From: Paraphysomonas bandaiensis
Taxonomy: Eukaryota > Protista > Chrysophyceae
Assembly: GCA_965644295.1 (NCBI GenBank)
Contig: CBFFRP010000378.1
Coordinates: 186,001-250,000 of the forward strand
DNA: 64,000 bases
Direction: 5' to 3'
Both the position numbers and the translations under genes were made by a program. Positions within the stretch are counted from its first letter, which is position 1; each line of letters opens with the position of its first letter. The notes beneath the pieces were generated by a model. The model was not told where the DNA came from. It made no database searches and saw only the letters and a list, made by a program, of their open reading frames with translations. Shown piece by piece: positions 62,601 to 64,000 of this stretch.

Positions 62601-64000
62601 GGCTGACCAGTAGGTTGTCCTGTTGGCTGACCCGTAGGTTCACCAGTAGGCAGACCAGTAGGTTGTCCTGTTGGTACACCCGTCGGCTGACCAGTAGGTT
62701 GCCCGGTTGGTTGTCCTGTTGGTACACCCGTCGGCTGACCAGTAGGCTGACCAGTAGGCAGTCCTGTTGGTTGCCCTGTTGGCTGTCCCGTCGGCTCACC
62801 AGTAGGTTGTCCGGTAGGTTGCCCAGTAGGTTGTCCAGTTGGTTCACCAGTAGGTAGACCAGTAGGCTGTCCCGTTGGTACACCCGTCGGCTGACCAGTC
62901 GGCTGACCGGTAGGTTGTCCAGTTGGTTGCCCTGTAGGAAGCCCTGTCGGTTGTCCGGTTGGCTGCCCAGTTGGTTGACCAGAAGGTTGTCCTGTAGGTA
63001 GTCCTGTTGGTTGTCCAGTTGGCTGACCTGTCGGCTGACCAGTAGGTTGTCCTGTCGGCTGTCCTGTTGGTACACCCGTCGGCTGACCAGTAGGTTGTCC
63101 GGTTGGTTGTCCTGTAGGCTGTCCAGTTGGCTGACCAGTCGGCTGACCAGTAGGTTGTCCGGTTGGTTGTCCTGTTGGCTGACCAGTAGGTTGTCCGGTT
63201 GGTTGCCCAGTAGGCTGTCCCGTTGGCACACCTGTCGGCTGACCGGTAGGCTGCCCTGTAGGTTGTCCGGTTGGCTGACCTGTCGGCTGACCAGTAGGTT
63301 GTCCTGTCGGCTGACCCGTTGGTTCACCAGTAGGCAGACCCGTAGGTTGACCGGTTGGTTGTCCTGTAGGTTGTCCTGTTGGCTGACCAGTAGGTTGTCC
63401 TGTTGGCTGACCTGTCGGCTGACCCGTTGGTTCACCAGTAGGCAGACCAGTAGGTTGTCCTGTTGGCTGACCTGTCGGCTGACCAGTAGGTTGTCCTGTC
63501 GGCTGACCCGTTGGTTCACCAGTAGGCAGACCAGTAGGTTGTCCTGTCGGCTGACCCGTTGGTTTACCAGTAGGCAGACCCGTAGGTTGACCGGTTGGTT
63601 GTCCTGTAGGTTGTCCAGTTGGCTGACCAGTAGGTTGTCCTGTTGGTTGCCCTGTCGGCTGACCAGTAGGTTGTCCTGTCGGCTGACCCGTTGGTTCACC
63701 AGTAGGCAGACCAGTAGGTTGTCCGGTTGGTTGTCCTGTAGGTTGTCCAGTTGGCTGACCAGTAGGTTGTCCGGTTGGTTGCCCAGTAGGCTGTCCCGTT
63801 GGTACACCCGTCGGCTGACCAGTCGGCTGACCGGTAGGTTGTCCAGTTGGTTGCCCTGTAGGAAGCCCTGTCGGTTGTCCGGTTGGCTGCCCAGTTGGTT
63901 GACCAGAAGGTTGTCCTGTAGGTAGTCCTGTTGGTTGTCCAGTTGGCTGACCTGTCGGCTGACCAGTAGGTTGTCCTGTCGGCTGTCCTGTTGGTACACC
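50606..64000 (-). CDS. Giant (>4460 aa) cell-surface protein: PTGQ mucin-like stalk, REJ domain, EGF-like modules, GPS-like site, multi-TM region, long disordered tail; 5' end outside the window
   Basis: The frame stays open from 64000 to the stop at 50606. REJ-like [10 protein letters not shown] and [16 protein letters not shown]...AYEFGY; EGF-like CSGHGSC...[12 protein letters not shown]; GPS-like [15 protein letters not shown]; several hydrophobic helices between about 54200 and 52240. Confidence 0.9.
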   Translation of the reverse strand, partial: GVPTGQPTGQPTGQPTGQPTGQPTGLPTGQPSGQPTGQPTGQPTGLPTGQPTGQPTGQPTGQPTGVPTGQPTGQPTGQPTGQPTGQPTGQPTGQPTGLPTGEPTGQPTGQPTGQPTGQPTGQPTGQPTGQPTGQPTGQPTGLPTGKPTGQPTGQPTGLPTGEPTGQPTGQPTGQPTGQPTGQPTGLPTGEPTGQPTGQPTGQPTGQPTGQPTGQPTGQPTGLPTGEPTGQPTGQPTGQPTGQPTGQPTGQPTGQPTGVPTGQPTGQPTGQPTGQPTGQPTGQPTGQPTGQPTGQPTGQPTGQPTGQPTGVPTGQPTGQPTGQPTGQPTGQPTGLPTGQPSGQPTGQPTGQPTGLPTGQPTGQPTGQPTGQPTGVPTGQPTGLPTGEPTGQPTGQPTGQPTGEPTGQPTGQPTGLPTGQPTGQPTGVPTGQPTGQPTGQPTGVPTGQPTGLPTGEPTGQPTGQPTGQPTGQPTGQPTGLPTGQPTGQPTGVPSGQPTGQPTGQPTGVPTGQPTGVPTGQPTGQPTGLPTGQPTGQPTGQPTGLPTGQPTGQPTGLPSGQPTGQPTGQPTGQPTGQPTGQPTGQPTGLPTGEPTGQPTGHPTGQPTGQPTGLPTGEPTGQPTGQPTGQPTGLPSGQPTGQPTGQPTGQPTGQPTGQPTGQPTGLPTGEPTGQPTGHPTGQPTGQPTGLPTGEPTGQPTGQPTGQPTGQPTGQPTGLPTGEPTGQPTSLPTGQPTGLPTGQPSGVPTGQPTGQPTGQPTGLPTGEPTGQPTGHPTGQPTGEPTGQPTGQPSGQPTGQPTGDPTGQPTGQPTGQPTGLPTGQPTGEPTGQPTGLPSGLPTGQPTGQPTGQPTGQPTGQPTGQPTGEPTGQPTGQPTGQPTGQPTGQPTGQPTSLPTGQPTGQPTGQPTAQPTGQPTGLPTGQPTGQPTGEPTGQPSSQPTGQPSGQPTSLPTGQPTGQPTGEPTGQPTGLPTGQPTGQPTGEPTGQPTSLPTGQPTGEPTGQPTGLPTGQPTGQPTGQPTGRPTGEPTGQPTGQPTGQPTGQPTGQPTGQPTGQPTSQPTGQPTGQPTGQPSGRPTGDPTGQPTGQPTGEPTGQPTGQPTGQPTGEPTGQPTGQPTGQPTGEPTGQPTGQPTGQPTGEPTGQPTGQPTGQPSSQPTGEPTGQPTGQPTGYPTGQPTGQPTGEPTGQPTGQPTGQPTGQPTGQPTGQPSGQPTGQPTGLPTGQPTGQPTGQPTGEPTGQPTGEPTGKPTGQPTGQPTVQPTGQPTGQPTGEPTGQPTGFPTGQPTSQPTGQPTGQPTGQPTGQPTGQPTGQPTGQPTGEPTGEPTGQPTGQPTGQPSSQPTGEPTGQPTGQPTGYPTGQPTGQPTGQPTGEPTGQPTSQPTGEPTGEPTGEPTGQPTGQPTGQPTGQPTSRPSGEPTGQPTGQPTGEPTGRPTGQPTGEPTGQPTGQPTGQPTGQPTGQPTGRPTGLPTGQPTGLPTGQPTGQPTGQPTGQPSSVPTGEPTSQPSTQPTGEPSSFPSSVPSSYPSSIPSSQPSSEPTGIPSSQPSSIPSSQPTTVPTGQPSGQPTSVPSVNPSGEPTGEPTGEPTGAPTQVPSGWPTSEPSGQPSSVPSGQPSKRPSSLPSGEPSGAPTSAPTISHMPTAVPSSSCPTSVPSFSPTLSSVSAFNEDVNSFLKDLPVSAYDWYVESFYNGNQILGGCESWTSFRKTTLPLRELSAYPVWIDFMQYYNWPLGESTNISCTNRTKVAAITSAISTSIPTNITCENHMWRIQKCPNDATALCVDCDNPCRPHVSYCGVFPRLETAPCSDVSVEDTTCPFPTGAARLLKVQYVKYDPAPAITSVVTNSTGANSVSVTVEINSNGTVYCLALINSAVPYAVSQVVLLGQQSAVIAGVSTTLAFSNLLSSTSYNVYCVAESLEGSRSSLSETLASKTAVSTSCCKKIRVSTAVSSKTYFEGDLLLDILSVSLESAPTVSLYLNITVSYTSSIDSSVSDYSVYIYPERVVKYTTAVQDDRYSLNKVAQSGEYTLSFAYFGPSEAEFSLITSGTTTFTVLSKNDEPSVPSPIKAQFGNFGSFVYIIFDSATNLGGLPFGSFTCSRLFSFIDSTASSCRWVSNMNCSISLATNSKLSIGTEIIVLSNRIQAECTALDCSSWKYTPKTVLSIQSPQAILVPTVKVSTSTYLGVCDDMKLDLASSTGSAGRDWLSKTFTISSTTTPASSLFALQSYMNTLGLLPYRAPLVIPRSYLSPSTTYTIITKLCNFLSGCGSAKSIVTVLSSTAPKVSISGSPSRSIMRSDSLSLKATASTTTCDSGQEVSSSNNIVFSWAVYDSNSKLLTSLKSSSKSSSIFLLKPYSLTVNEVYTFTVTAFDTVLEKSSSTSVLVLVKSAGIKAVIGGGYEKSLPYGQSLTLDASYSYDENEPITYTPSFTYTWTCTTYAPTLSAACPLSMTPSMPHGRTATVTTNDLSVNSTALITVFVESSDERSSSTSVLVEVADPTTPSIAFDTVIRGSKFNPSKKITISASVRTAHTCIMTWAVNEKGFAVNPNFNLPSKSTTAVSRTLSVNNPSVSMRYSTNLVLKPNALDGGVTYVFTLSCEPTSSAISSSYERIEIITNGPPSDGSLEVSPTEGEELLTVFAFSAYNWNDDDIPIAYEFGYISTKGDALVLQALSETTEVNTIMSKGRAPSFEVITSVTVYDSLNANASSFRSLIVMQQSNDTDIFDAVSGLLDSGSVSEGDLSVISGTLNEVNCSTAPNCTALNRGECFEYPHTCGVCLEGYVGEDGSDNSECVAEDLFQTSIRLRRLDSSSSVSCHPGCGVWEHCELDPSSGGGVCVRDSKECPDKTCSGHGSCTYFTDKGATINNCFVGSLSCSAQCVCYSGYAGPACSYSTSEFEEKISLREQSISALLVLLSTQDNSAETIASNIDSLAALCQQSSELSLTAASDVVTAVESIISASSGLSIQTQVLAKLFFSLATAMEILVSSVDRGYLAGVVDDLCSAILSEMSVGENPTTDIESFLRVSVISLDGAGEANVSVATPLTSYESALGVTSDDIILSNLDDMFYDSTVLGWVASLKSYQVLKSDGRSAFLSDIVRASFLTSSDFIANTTNASVLVTVHNYEAQKFDNTSVSDSWRYSVTTTCHADDQGYITLNCPLSGLEFSVYCNKTAGIFTTLCPSRSLEVTPQCFPWNETDAVHGACTLVSFDALSTTCFCPLKDALLGNVLIGNERRRLAEGDVQTLQFASAINKAYSFGDAAIISDFTAFDNSNFVAGTVTLYALTTLVIACGLAVVIGYCVEYQLEELAVIDGHKVFVEEASKTKGLEIMADGIGHEGKAIQVVEKALPQIFHGVQSFSWLRKIAIELLQYHRGIHFLFLALSPIFPEFGRLRNLLSDSMFLTCDAITMFFIQGLVCIVFDPLHVDNETCIHYETEAKCHRHYILGVSMGNFLGRRCEWDDNEQSCDLRSPSAAVWSIAVGACVAAVIGVPVTNLVRYVLRYYVMVPSLKESTAARGFNWILHFLPTSFICWIIRARRNENPWVRIFDKLEISKEYEYIYSAAESDLILLKEKASAHIDVMPSSRSKAQFASMWGINSGVDVSEHTYESSTESDSDCNTYRCFPGRTNDDILMQELIRVHTSISREQSEIVRKLKYTNNPLDDFRILQLLVEDLLSDAESTIFRWKYRRDEHIATTYEPKYIGVKLLAVSTVLLYMWLAVVFIFFFAYTRVERLQILWLYSLFAWVVLEVVILRGLVVIVSDFAVPLLIHEKVEKIKAMLVRCIVDLNRFKMNPEIFKWSLMLYSSARVAAKFFDNRLGELFLALCLNIPRRSVHIHAYPDHAISALTVDNNDGIMLGPDYDPESIRDPWMVAFVAYLFHVPILGEIVLELMVSSLVGICLLVIVALYLAHGFIVLVGLGAGILSVVLCIYFNRLKSVRNIRNKIHSHIQQRLMEGDADDASYYSSSDDDVKSAPDMSNIIHETSTIADGSTSLALSSAMDDDEAKADKYSVSSHRSSQLLKSEPSSKRDKQKPRQPTIKEGRTESMFSVVDTVLHMTAAAKDTNAPGSDKLMAPRDSSVVVPADSYRTSKLLYRNNATGKVAAAENLPSRSPKPSKLRTTIAMMDEILNIKGEGSRNSITLPPLTPGASQDETGVESPRSFTPMKTQDLFDVTSSPILSRSGMQTGRQSQSKHMSKPYSTHTARTPEQRRETEVEFNERLNLLDNVLKELNTTTTREDNVSAYRASKLTPMSTGKVSHKSPTMYSTKFSASSGSIARVKQPERQVSDLFDNSDVLDSDMSVSSIDSKNSRNVSLRRERPARRANQPSSYRSIITRNEAELPQEFISEGSSILEFDDPVLVGDTTKKSKQNRALASTARGALDVQEAGNRLLASRQSSWSAVDDSLSLGTNVERKFHPHVRGTIVSAGAEEDIHKPDDFNDSNSAKRTFSMVKTKRMSALLREMDSLSDVSEEGS
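59120..64000 (-). repeat. Coding 12-bp (P-T/S-G-Q/E/L/V) minisatellite, ~400 units in the window, with higher-order duplications
   Basis: Directly visible. 63783-64000 duplicates 62859-63076 (offset 924); 228-bp tandem duplication around 61895-62353. Confidence 0.98.

Noticed and set aside
59305-63999. 1564-aa alternative-frame ORF and many plus-strand ORFs over the PTGQ array
   Set aside because: Shadow frames of the 12-bp coding repeat; only the PTGQ frame continues into globular domains.
1-64000. tRNA, rRNA or other structured RNA genes
   Set aside because: None recognised by eye; tRNAscan-SE and Infernal would be needed to exclude them.

Overview
Eukaryotic nuclear DNA, gene-dense, with short (~45-90 nt) GT-AG introns and the standard genetic code. 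Gene content (PTGQ-repeat/REJ surface protein, RRL-type motifs, oomycete-like hAT remnants) suggests a stramenopile, possibly a chrysophyte; this is inference. About 17 protein-coding genes are present: Sen1/Upf1-type helicase (3' part), alpha-tubulin, KsgA/RsmA dimethyltransferase, exostosin GT47, VLC 3-ketoacyl-CoA reductase, a TMEM121-like membrane protein, a bacterial-like GT-B glycosyltransferase, a PRKCSH-like protein, an ankyrin protein, citrate synthase, a rhomboid-UBA protein, an LSD1-type zinc-finger protein, three hypothetical genes and a giant (>4460 aa) PTGQ/REJ/GPS membrane protein. Mobile DNA comprises two hAT deletion derivatives with TIRs and 8-bp TSDs, an internally deleted Copia element (5-bp TSD, PBS, fold-back junction), a degenerate long-TIR element and a dispersed solo-LTR-like family. 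The strongest novelty candidate is at 26438-29999 (-): six tandem, near-identical hAT-type BED zinc-finger modules are predicted to splice in frame onto a complete N-carbamoylputrescine amidohydrolase (nitrilase-superfamily) domain with an intact Glu-Lys-Cys triad but altered pocket residues. All calls come from reading motifs by eye; no database searches were run.
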